Shown one piece after another: positions 1 through 11,721 of a DNA stretch of 64,000 bases; position 1 is the stretch's first letter; every line of letters starts with the position of its first letter. The notes beneath the pieces were generated by a model, which was not told the origin of the DNA, did no database searches, and saw only the letters and a program-made list of their open reading frames with translations. The translations under genes and the position numbers were made by a program. The stretch comes from Podarcis muralis (taxonomy: Eukaryota), in the NCBI RefSeq assembly GCF_964188315.1, contig NC_135663.1, positions 35,712,001 through 35,776,000 of the forward strand, written 5' to 3'.

Positions 1-2101
1 AGGCTTGCTCTTAAAACCAGGTGATCGAAAACAAGTGTGGCTGCATATTTGAGGATACAACTGAATATCCTGACTGCTACATATCTGAGGATAGGACCGA
101 GGGCAGGAGCAGCTATAATGTTTTACATTTAAGAAGATGCACTCATCTCACTCAGCAGCTTATAAATTTGCCCCAAACTGAAATCTCATGTGTGTTAACA
201 CCAAAACACTTCATTAATAAATCAGTTTAATTGCTTCAAAATGCAACTGACAAAAGGTGCCCCCAATTAATCAGTAACATATTTTAATAATAATACTTAT
301 TTTAGAATAAGTACTTACACTAACAACTGAAAATCACAAGTGCTATATTAGCATTTCCTCTTGTGTGAGAGTGAAAGGGGGGAAAAGCCCGTAAGGACGC
401 ATGCATGTATCATCTTAAAAATACAGAGAACCTGTTTCTCACTACAAAACCGCTGTTTTCAGCAATATGCTAATTTATGCAAATATATTTATTAACACAC
501 TGGTTGATTGATCAGCTAAAACTTGTATGAGTAATTGACAGATTTCTTTAATCATGTGGCAGCCCCCTGTGTTGTTTTTTATGCAACTTTTCATAGTTGG
601 GATTGTTGGATTTGAAACTTTTATGGGGAGGGGAATGTTTTTAGCTCTCATGGTTGCAGAGGAGGGTTTGACAATACCTTGGCATTAGGTGTCAAAAGCT
701 CAGAAAATGGGGCAAAAGAAAGGGGGAAAGCACCGGCTGTCATCACTGCTCTAAAGAAGTCCATGCATTCTGCTGCCTTGCCATACAAGAGGTGGCAGAA
801 AGAGTGTGCAGAGGGAGGAATGGCTGTATGTGGCACATGGAAAGAGCTGCAAAAACTTGAGGGCAATGTGCACAGCTGCAGAGGACTCCATGGCACTGAC
901 CTGAGTCATCAGGTCACCTTAGTCACGGCAATTACTGTAGGTAGGATGCCACTTTAGTGCTTGTGGTCACAACACCTAAACCTAAATAATACTGCTAGCT
1001 CAGTATTCCTGCTACTTGTTCTTGACAGCACTTGCAAGGCTTACAGTGCCCATGCCAGAAGAGCAAGCATAAATCAGAAATATAGGAGAGCCTCACAGTA
1101 TCTTAGCAGATAGTTACAGATACAGCGGTGTTTGGGCAAAGAGGTTGGACAGTGAAACTAAAACATGTACCAAAAGGAACTGTAAATTGGAAGAGGAAGA
1201 ACACCCATTATTAGATTAGTTATCCTAAACCATTTACAAACACTGCATCTATCAATCACTTCAATTATGTTTGTAAACAAGACTGGAAGCAAGATACCCA
1301 TAATTATGACCGAAATGTTTTTGGTTTTGGTATTTTTATTTTTTTTAACATTAGCCAAGCAATTGTGTGCATTTAGCTTTGTGAAATGCAATAAGCAACC
1401 TGGCAATTTATTATTTTCTGTAAATTGAAGACAGATTAATCAATCTAGCTACTTTCTTTTGTCACCGATTGCATTTTTAACCCAGAATCTCTGTTTATTT
1501 TGATAACACAAAATGATACAAGGCCCTGAATTAATTTCTGTCTGCTCACTTGTAATATCCAATCTTCGACAATAGTCGGGTTAAGGGAAGAAAAGCACAT
1601 CTAAAATCTTAAAGAATGCCTCTGATTCCTGATTGTTAGTTTATTTTTATATATTTATACACTGGTTTTCTATTCACTTCCATTCATATTTATTTTCTAT
1701 TTCTGTTCAAAGTGGTCAACCACTACATCAGAAAAGTATATGGATCCTTTATCAAATCAGTAAGAATCATAATTTTAAAATGTAGAAAACTAGCACAACA
1801 ACACATTCGTAAGTAACACCAATATATTGGCTAAAAGATCCAGTTCCTTAGTCATCAGAAGTCAAAAGGCCAATTGAAACAGATGGGTCTTATTAAACAC
1901 CTGCTAAATACCAGAAGACCCTGGTGGCTACTCCCAGGAAGAGTGTACAAAAACACAGATATTGTTACAGAAGGTGCCCTATCTCCTTTGCAAACAATAA
2001 AATAAAATAAAATGCTAGAATCATAATAGCTAGCATCGCAGGAAAGGCAACAATCCTGAACCAGATGTACTTAGAAACAAATCTTAAAATCAATGTCTTA
2101 C

Positions 2102-2146
2102 CTCTGAGTAAACATCGCTAAGGCCAGGTTGCAAACAGACTCTTGC
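2102..2146 (-). other. Candidate 45-nt exon
   Basis: ctgtcttcag|GCAAGAGTCT...ACTCAGAG|gtaaga; splice signals only. Confidence 0.35.
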
Positions 2147-2295
2147 CTGAAGACAGTGTCAACACTTTTAAATATTCTGACACAGTGTATGAAACTGCAG
2201 CGATCACTCTGCTTCCTGTGCCCTTCAGTACCAGTTCCCCTAATCTACACTGTCCCATCCCACACAGATTTTAATACACTCGGCATTTCTCAAAA

Positions 2296-2432
2296 CAGGG
2301 GTGGGTAACCAATTACTATCCAGTTGTTGCTGGACTACAATTCCCATCGTCCCTAACAAATAGCATGCTGGCTGGGCTGATGGGAGTTGTAGTTCAATTG
2401 GCATGGGAAGGGTAATAAGTTCCACACCCTTG
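2296..2432. mobile_element. Hairpin MITE, GGACTACAACTCCC family
   Basis: CAGGGGTGGGTAAC start; GGACTACAATTCCCATC / GATGGGAGTTGTAGT inverted arms. Confidence 0.75.
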
Positions 2433-2760
2433 CTTTATATTCCATGTGCATATCTGCCAACTGCATATGATGAAGTAGGCGATAGTCTACAGAAACCAAC
2501 GCCACAAGATACAACAACACCATTCCTCCTGGTAATTGTAGACTTCTGATTTCACCCCACTGCATTTGGGCTAAAGGAGCTGCACTGTGAGAGGCACATT
2601 GGCTTCTGCTAAGCTCAATTTTTTGGTGCATTTAAAGCTGTTTACACCGTATTTGCATTAGGAACGTGAAAGCCCTTTAGAACTTGAATGGAGAACCTCA
2701 GGCCTGGAGCCTGAATGCAGCCCTCCAGGCCACTCTGTCTGGTCCTTTGGATTCTTTTCA

Positions 2761-3062
2761 GATCATTGAATTGTAGAGTTGAAAGGTACCCTGAGGATCT
2801 AGTCCAGGGGTGCCCAAACCTTTTTCAAAGATGGCCAGATAAGATGAAGTGAACATGTGTGAGGAACAACCGAAGTTCATGAGCTTTTTAAAGGGATTTT
2901 ACCCCAGGACATATACTGCCGGATTAGGCCCCCGGAACGCACTTTGGACATGCCTGATCTACTCCAACCCTCTGCAGGAATATGCAGCTTTTCCTAAGTG
3001 GGGATTGAACCTGCAACCTAGGCGTTATCAGCACCACACTCTAACCAACTGAGCTATCCAGG
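2761..3062 (-). mobile_element. tRNA-Ile-like SINE with CR1-type tail, interrupted by a hAT MITE
   Basis: Head GGATAGCTCAGTTGGTTAGAGTGTGGTGCTGATAACGCCTAGGTTGCAGGTTCAATCCCC; CR1-like GGTTGGAGTAGAT...CAACTCTACAATTC tail split by 2805-2956. Confidence 0.85.
2805..2956. mobile_element. hAT MITE
   Basis: TIRs CAGGGGTGCCCAAA / TTTGGACATGCCTG; 8-bp TSD ATCTAGTC/ATCTACTC. Confidence 0.85.
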
Positions 3063-3923
3063 CTCTCTTCCCTTTCCCTGGCTCTGCTCCACACCCTTCT
3101 CAAGTGGAAAATGTCCTTGAACAATGAAACTGTTGTTCGCTTGCCTGGATGGAGGATGGAGAGGCTTTGAGCCCTCTGACTTTTGAAGAGTCACATCCAC
3201 TACTCCACTCACTTTTGCCTCTGGCCCTGCCCAACCTTTGCAAACACTGGAAGGTTGTGCAGAAGTGTATGGAGCCCTCTGATTGAAAAAGTTTCCCTGT
3301 ACCTGTATTGGAAGAAGCTAGAGAGACAACAATGCTGGGCGAGGCAATTAAGTTAACTAGATGGGGATTTTTTTGTAGATACATAATTATTACAAGTTAA
3401 CATCCATATGGTGTAGCAAAATTTGTCGAGTATCTTGCAGAATTTTTGGGGGGGGGGTGCATGTGTGAAAAAATTAATAAAATAGTTACAGGATAGAATT
3501 TTAGCATTGTACCCACAGTTTCCATCCCAGCAAAATTATGATACTGCAGATAATATCTTTTAATAAAATGGCCTCTGCAAAAGACAGGCCATGACTGGGG
3601 AATGCAAGGAAAATGTTTTCATTAAAATGATAATGGAACTGTGAAGTTTAGCACCACACATTTTCCCACTGAAGTAGAAAGGCAAAAGCCTTGGTGCAGC
3701 TCCTTTCACAACAACCTCTGAGAAACAGGGCAATTATCGGAAAATGAACTGAACTGAACTTAGAAGCACAAAACAAAGCCCAATTGTGCAAAGGGATGAG
3801 ACCTTCTACTTTTCTTTGTAGCAATGCAATGATATGACAATTTGGTGCTCTTGGTACCACAAGCTTTATACACTACTGTGGTCTGCTTTGAACTCTGGGA
3901 AAACAACAAAGGCCTAAAACTTA

Positions 3924-4125
3924 GGCTCCATCTGCACTATAGATTTAAAGCAGTATCATGCCACTTTAAACAGTCATGGCTTCTGCCAAAGAATCCTGGG
4001 AACTGTAGTTTATTAAGGGTGCTGAGAGTTCCTGGGAGACCCCATTCCCCTTACAGAGATACAATTCCCAGAGTGGTTTAACAACCAATCCCTCATCACA
4101 AGGAACTGTAGCTCTTTGGGGAGAA
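3924..4125. mobile_element. Harbinger-like MITE, partial
   Basis: TTA then GGCTCCATCTGCACT start; GAATCCTGGGAACTGTAGTTT...TACAATTCCCAGAGTGGTTTAAC body shared with the 42 kb copy. Confidence 0.5.
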
Positions 4126-4221
4126 TAAGGGGGCAAATGATATTTGAGAGAGGAGGAAGAGAAAATGCTCTTGTCGTTTTCCCACAGGCTTCCCTTCTAG
4201 TGAGTATACTTGTGTTTAGAG

Positions 4222-4359
4222 CAGGTGTTGTGAGCCTTTGACCTTTGAGATGTTGCTGAACTACAGCTTCCATCATCCACAGCCATTGGCCATTCTTGCT
4301 GGGACTGATGGGAGTTGCAGTTCAGCAACTTCCAGAGGGCCGAAAGTGTCCCCACATCT
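4222..4359. mobile_element. Hairpin MITE, GGACTACAACTCCC family
   Basis: GAACTACAGCTTCCATCATC / GATGGGAGTTGCAGTTC arms; flanks GTTTAGAG and GTTTAGG. Confidence 0.7.
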
Positions 4360-4367
4360 AGTTTAGG

Positions 4368-4667
4368 CAGGGCCAGATTTAGGTTTGACGAGGCCCTAAA
4401 CTACTGGCAGTGATGGGGCCCTTTATATGTCCAGCTGTCCTTTGTCAACAACAAATTGTCGCTGTTTTTTGTGTTAAATATATGCTGTGGCAATTTATGG
4501 ATTTAATAGGTATCTAAAGCCATTTGCCACTGTTGCTGTATGTAGGTTTTATTTTATTTTATTTTTTATCTTATATTTTTGAAATTTACATCCAGTTGTT
4601 TTCTTCCTTTAATTTCTTGGGGCCCTAAAGCTATAGCTTGTTTAGCTTGTATGTAAATTCAGCACTG
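4368..4667. mobile_element. hAT MITE (300 bp)
   Basis: TIRs CAGGGCCAGATTTA / TAAATTCAGCACTG; perfect 8-bp TSD AGTTTAGG (4360-4367, 4668-4675). Confidence 0.85.
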
Positions 4668-5025
4668 AGTTTAGGGCAAATGTAATGTGGCAAACAGCCA
4701 TTGGGGGGTTCAGATGTCAGGTGCTAGACCCTGGCTCCAGATTTTGGGAGACCTTTGGGCAAGATGCTTTAGGTGCCCCCACCCCCAGTGGGTCCTCCTA
4801 ATCCCACCTGATATCACCACCCATTCATTTACTCTCTCCACTAGGGCCTCCTTTCACACCATTGCCCCCAAGGACAGAACACAAGACAAGGCTCCTTCTC
4901 CTTCTCCTTCCTCCTGTTCTTGAATGCCTGCTCAGAGAGGGCAGATGAAGAAGCAGCAACAGGAAGGACAAGATGCCTCCTTACTTCCTCAGCGGCATCA
5001 ACAGGGGCTACAGAAATCAGGGACT

Positions 5026-5770
5026 TGCGTGGCAAGTTCCCGCCCCCCACCAGGATAAATAAACACACAAGACACCATAATTAAGGTTAATTGGGCGAAT
5101 TAGGCCACAACTTTATTGAATTCAGGAATGAGAGGCATTGGCTTAGGCATTGGTCCTAACGACTATCCGGCTCCAGCCCATTTGCTGGAGACACGGGGAA
5201 GGGTTAACACTAATCGGGGGAGTCTCCCGCCGAGGCACGTTGACTAGGAGCTCCCCCGGGTCACCGCTCTGGGGCGTGCCTTTGGCCCTCACCTCCATAG
5301 GCTTCGGACAGGGCCACGCCCCCCGGAGTCCTTTAATGGACCACCCTTCGTTCATTGGGGGGAGGTGATGGCGTTCCTCCCCCCCCCACATCCTCTTAAC
5401 CCCTTCTTACCAATGCCTACCGCCAATGCCGAAGAGTTGTGACGAGTTGCTACGAGGTAGGCGAAAAACCAAAAGGCTGTAAATCGCCAATTGGGAAAAA
5501 TTCCTACCATGCCCCTTGCGGCGACAGACCGAAGTCCATAGCAAAGTCAGACCTACCTAAAGCCCAACTAAAGGGAGGGAGGGTGGGAAAACGTGGGGGC
5601 TAGCCGGAGAAGAGAGGGCGAGCCCCCTCCGCTCCGGCCCTAAATAGGGCAAGCCACGCCCCCCCAGCCAGCCGATTTGCTGGCTGGGAGGCGTGGCCGG
5701 TCGGGATTCCCCTGTTCTCGCAGGGGCTGAAACCAGCCCCCGCTCACGTGGGGAGGGCGTGATGCCCGCA
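5026..5770 (-). mobile_element. CpG-rich LTR-like terminal repeat (LTR or DIRS/Ngaro-type), probably young
   Basis: GC/CpG-rich island in an AT-rich background. The minus strand has a TATA-like CTATTTAGGG, then AATAAAGTTGTGGCC and a ...CACGCA end. No TSD found; the right boundary is approximate. Confidence 0.5.
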
Positions 5771-7540
5771 ACCCCACCTCCTGGGGCAGGCCCGGAAGTG
5801 GCTTTGTGTGATGCTATTTCTTCCTATCAGTATTCATAGCAAGGTCACAACTCAGACACTGGGAATCCCTGAGCCTTGTCCATTTATAGGCCTATTATCA
5901 CCACCAATAAGACATTCAGAATTGTCAGTTTCAACCCCCTGCCGATATCTAAGCTTGCCTAGGGCTGCATGCAGATAGGCAGAATTGGAAAGTCTTCCAT
6001 TTATTTTACTTACAGTTTTATGAATGCACACTAACTAAAAAATCTTGCAGCTGACTGATTTTGCAATATGCAAGTGTTGTGACAAGCGTACCACACCCAG
6101 ACAAGCCAGCCAGGCAAGAAAGCTGGGATTAAGATAATTTGTGCCATACGGGTTGTGCTGCCCACTCTCTGGCACAATTCAACAGTTTACTGGGAGAGCC
6201 ACAGTTGAAGTTGGAAGGTATGAACCATTCAAAATACTGTCTCTACTTGGGAGGGGGGGGTGCGATTTGCAACCATTATTCCGGATGTGCTTGACATGAT
6301 TGCATCTGTATTTGTCTTTATGGGGCATTTCAGGTTTTCTTCCTAAATCTGGTCTCTAATTTTCAAACACCCATCTTGACTACAACTTCCATCATCCCTG
6401 ACCAATGTGTGACTGGGGCTGATGGAAGTTGCAGTCCAAAACATCTATAGGGCACCAGGTTGCGGGAAGCAGATACGCTAGCTACAAACAAACCATCACA
6501 GAGTAATGTATAAAACATTATTAAAAAATTACTACATATAGAATCTTAATAGTGCCGTCCACTACAATTTGGGTAGCAGTATTTTTAGGGAGACCAGAAT
6601 ATTTAGGATCTGCTCCACCTAGTGAGATTCAGGCAATGCCAGGCTATGTTTTTCAGACAATTCTCTCACAGCTTAGCAAAATCTCAGCTGGCACTGTCAC
6701 TGGATATAATTTGATAAGGATCCTTTGTCTCTGCCTGCAGTCTCCGGGTATATAGCACACTTTGCTGTGATAATTGGTTTGGCTGTCCATTCCACCCATC
6801 AGGTGATAGAAAACTATCAATCAGGCTAAATGCAATGTGAGAGAAGTCTCTTTAGCCAATTAGCTGGTAATGAGAACATTAGCCACAATATCTTCAGCAG
6901 AGGGCACCTTAGCAATTGTTCTATCTAGGTGATTAATAGTGATCATATGATACTACAGGAATTTTATGCTGTTATATTTAAAAAAATCCAAAAAGAATTA
7001 TCCACTTCACACTCTTAAATATTTTAAAAGCCACTGATGATCTTATGTTCGTCCCTGCTTATTTCTGTGTCTTGGAGATTAGAACTCTTTGTACCAAAAC
7101 AGCATTCCAATTATATTAGAATTTTCCTAGATGAGAGGAGTTACATAATATCAACTCATGTCCCATAATTTTAAGGAATTATGTGATTTTTCTAAGAAAA
7201 GCAATGGTAGTAGAGGCCAAATCAGTAACACAAAAACAGAGGCAACATTGCTATTTGAATGCAACCACACAGAGGCAGCTTCATGTGCCAAGCTCTTTAT
7301 GTAAAGTGGCTCCGTGCATAATTTTTCACCCAGCAAATAATGCAGTGCTTGGAATGAAATAGTTTGGTTTACCAAAGTTCACTGAATTAGTACAACAATC
7401 TCTGAACTACACCTGAAAGTAAGTCCCCATAGTTGCCAAGTGAGCTGAATGTGCATTAAGTTCATTTTGGGGTTGTGTTGTTGTTTTTACTTTTTGGACA
7501 CTTCAGGCCTTTAGGCTTAAAGATCATAATTGTTGGGGAA

Positions 7541-7690
7541 ATCGTAGACTCACAGAACCGTAGAGCTGAAAGGGACCCAAAGGGCCATATATTCCCATAC
7601 CCTGCACTACAGGAATGTCAGCTTCAGCTGCCTAAAGCCTGGAGGGTCCAGGCAGCTGGCATGAACAGCACTGGGCAATTCACATTCCAT
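7541..7690 (-). mobile_element. CR1 LINE 3' remnant
   Basis: ATCGTAGACTCACAGAACCGTAGAGCTGAAAGGGACC resembles the reverse of the CR1 (ATTCTATG)n tail. Confidence 0.5.
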
Positions 7691-10600
7691 CGTGCGTGTA
7701 TGTTTTGATATTTTATTACTCTTAAGTATATTCTGTACTTGTAACATTCTGAATGCTGAAAACAAAATTCTGAGGATCATTTGGGTGAACTGGAATTAAC
7801 TGTGAACTTCAACGTGAACCAAACTAGTTCTGCAAATGAATGAATGTGAAGTGAAATTAGCTTATTTCTGGAAATGTTGAACTTGAACTAAATGAGCTTT
7901 CTGAGCTGTAACATTATCCCAAGAGAAAACAAAAAAATGAGTGCATAAGTGTGTCAATGTGAGGAAAAATCAACAGAAACATGAAAGGAATCATTTCCCC
8001 ACACTGAGTTAAGTCTCTTCTTCCACAACCATCACAGAAACACAGTGGGCTTGTGTTGTGGAAACAGAGTGCTCCATCCTTTTCCACCAGCCCACTTCTT
8101 AGATAGCAATTTATTTATTACTAAGCTCTTAAGAGGCCTGCATTTTCATGGTGGCTGCAAAGGAGGTGGCAAGTATGGGAATGCAGGCCAGTGGACTTTT
8201 GTGTGTGTTAGAGCTGTGGCTTTTCACAGCAGAAAATGCCTCTTGCCTTGCACACATATTTAATGAGCAAGCAGGTGCCACTGATTTAGTCCCAGGTAAT
8301 TTCTGCTATATTCATGGGGACTTACACCTGAGTAAATATGTTCTGAATTGGGTTGTGAAGTGCCTTGCTTCTACCCAAAGTCAATGTCATATTCCTGAGT
8401 GAAATTTTAGCCTCCGAAAACTGAACCCTAAATGCTATGAAGCATGACAGCTTGGAGCTTCTTCCTGTCCTGTGCTTGGTTACATTTTGCCTCCCACAAC
8501 AGGTCTGTGTGGGTGTTATGTGCATGTGTATAAACAACATGCAGGATTTAGCAGTACAGATCACAGAAGCACACTTTCGGAACAGGAAATGCAAAGTAGA
8601 TAATTGCCAGAGTGATTGATACAAAGATACATATTTTACTGTCTTTTATTTTTTGTACTTTTAGGGTAAAATGTATCGAACGCACACACACAAAATTTCA
8701 GGTGCTATCAGGAGCTTTCAATTAATGATCGGAATGTGTCAGGGATTCTGCTGGCATACCTGCCACCCTACTACCCATCCGTCTCCCTGCCTGACCCGGT
8801 CTCAGGTGTGGTGTTAGTGAATGCTTAGGCAATAAAGCAATAGGCCCTGCCAGCAATTCATTTTTCTGTGTGGCAAGGATCTTCTCTGGCTGCAAGAGCG
8901 AAGCTCTCAACAGCTCTCAACTGCAAGCGTGTGGAGAGGGGTGAGGGTCAGGTAACCACTTCAAGTGCAATCTGGCCATCTCTGCCTATAGGGAATGTGA
9001 AGACGGGGGAGTTTCTTCCCTCCTTCAGATTCCAAACAGACAAAGGGAGGCCAGCTATAATATGCACTGATGCACTCTGTATATCCCCACTCACCACTAA
9101 TTACAGAGGTGTAATTAGTAATAATATAGTAACTCCAAGTGTTCATGACAAAACTGATCCTGCCATGGGTCAGCATGCCCTGTCTACTGCTGAATGGACC
9201 TTAGAGAGGAAAGGCAGAGAACTGCGGATGGCTCAGCTTTCTTCACCTGCAAGTCCCTTCTGCAGTAAACAAATCGGACCATCCCGTTCGTATACTGTGA
9301 CCAGATGAATAAACAAACATGGTTGCCACAATTACGGAGTTGCACAAGGCCTCATCTGAACCAGGAATGTCTCTTAGGAGATAGCCAAGCTTCCTGAATC
9401 ATCTTGTGCTCCCTGAAACAGGGAGCTTTACCTGAAATTCAGATGAGCACCATTTTAGCCCTAGTTTGGAATTCCTATCATTTCCCTGTAACACCTTAAG
9501 ATACCTTAATTGAATTACATACGGTCCAATTTTCTTAATACAGAGACAGGCTCTGAGTGATCTGTGCTAGAGGAGAGAGGTGAGGCAAAAGAGATTAGTG
9601 AGTGGAGTGATGATTGGAAGTGGCAGGGTAATCAATAGGCCCCGGTTCAGAGGGTGAACTGACAAAATTCAGCTGCACTCTGAATGCTATACATTCACTG
9701 GCATAAACTCTCCAAGTGAGATTGGGATGTAGGAGGAATGCTACCAAGTCAGATGATTAAAACCCATTTTTCTTCTCTAACTGTCCTTTAAAAATATTAT
9801 TCCATTTCTCCACCCCACCTCTTATTCAGCCCCTCTTATATTTGAAACATGCAATGAATTTCAGATGAAATGTATTAAAAAGCGCTTAGATGCCATGGTG
9901 ATAGGCACATTATAAATACCATAGAATAGAGGAGATGAGATAGACAGATTTAAGCACACAGTGAATTCCACATGAAAGATATTAAAATGAAGCTAAAAGG
10001 TAAAAAAAATAAAAATCCATTTATAGGAATATTCTGCAATATACTCAGCCATTCAGTTAAAGGCATTGGTTCCAGAGAGATCAGTGAAAGCTCCTGCCCG
10101 TGGCTTCAACTTAACATCTCTGGACAGCTTCTGCAGTCACTCCCCATACAACATTTCTAGTGCATTTGCTGGAGTCTAGCAAAGAAAGCAGTGGCTCAAA
10201 GATCCGAATGTTAACGGGAAAGTTTCATATTATTTAATGCAAGGGGGAAAGCTCATAGTCTTCCAAAGCAAACAGGAAATTTTCTCTCTCTCATATCTCT
10301 CACCCACTGGTATTAATATGAGAGGCAGACGTGCCACTATCGTCATGGTAGCAAATGTTGAGGGTGACATCAGGTTGGGAAAGTTTTATCAGGGGCAGGG
10401 GGTGGAAATGGGTGGGTATGACATATACTGGTAGATATATACTAGATTTAAATATACAATTGATTCCTCCAGTAATAATTAGTGGAAAGGAGCTAGTCAA
10501 GGACCTGCATAGTACTAAGTATTTGACATACAGCTCAGAAATCCTTTGTTTAGTTATGTGCTCGCTGGAAAGGTTCAGCAGGTCAGTTTCTTTCTCTCTG

Positions 10601-11476
10601 CTTGGGCCTTGTTCCTCATTTGTTACAATGAGACCCACCAAACTGCAGGAGCTAAGTATATGGCACTGACTCTCTGGCAAGTGTGTTTAGGACTGCAGGT
10701 GGGCAAAACAATCCTAGCAAGAGGGTGCAGAGGGTGAAGAGTACATCACTTATGTTGTGACGTGTGGTCTGTGGCTTGGCTTGCTTTCTTGCAATATATG
10801 CACTGTACTTGGTGGTGTCCTGCTTTTTGACTGTGACACAGCTGTAATCTGGGTTGTATTGGGTCAGTGATGGCTTGGCATCATGGGTGCATAGTATTGC
10901 TTGGTGGCAGGCAACTTGCAAACACATGCAACAGAGGAACACATCAGACTGGTAGTGTTTTCTGTGGTCTCCTGTGCGCACTAGACGCACCAGGCTCTAC
11001 CAGTTGGCCTGCCAGGTTCCACTGGCACAAGCAGCTTGCCTTGGGGGGATGGGCAGACCCTGCTTTTTTGGAAGCATAAGATGGTCAACAGTGTAGTGTT
11101 CCAACATCTGACGCACAGGACAATATTACTAAAATTGTTACAGTTCTCTACTCGGCCCTTTATTTACAACAGGAGAAAACACAATGGTGACATCGTGCTG
11201 CGCTGAGCACATTTTTTTGTTTACCAACACAAGACCAGTTTGCTTGAAAAGGACAGCGTTGTGTCCATGACACAGAAGCAGCTGTGAAACATCTAAACAA
11301 GATGACATGAAATGGTCTATGTTTCCCAAACTGCAGGTTGAATCTGTTGAGGTCCAGAGAAACACTTATTAAGTGATCATGTATGACCTTTCATGAAGTC
11401 ATCATGTCATGTTGACCAGCTGCTCAAATTTCAGAGTTCAGTGCTGAAGTCCACCCCTCCTTTTGTTTTTGTAATA

Positions 11477-11721
11477 AAGTGGTACCTTGGGATGCGAACG
11501 GGATCCATTCCAGAGCTCCGCTCGCATCCTGAATAGAACGTAAGTCGCAACTGCGCGTCTTCACATGAGTGGGTCGCGTTTCGCAGCTTCTGCGCATGTG
11601 CATGACATCATTTTGACCGTCTGAGCATGCCCGAGCGGCAAAACCCGGAAGTAACGCACTCCGTTACTTCCAGGTCGCCGTGGAGCACAACCCGAAAATA
11701 CTTTATCTCGAGGTATGGCTG
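11477..11721. mobile_element. Tigger-like MITE (related family, CpG-rich)
   Basis: TA-flanked; AGTGGTACCTTGGGA / TCTCGAGGTATGGCTG termini; ACCCGGAAGT internal motif. Confidence 0.75.

Noticed and set aside
319-326. 8-nt minus-strand microexon (ttttcag|TTGTTAGT|gtaagt)
   Set aside because: Frame-shifting length, weak exon end and no other support; such motifs are expected by chance.
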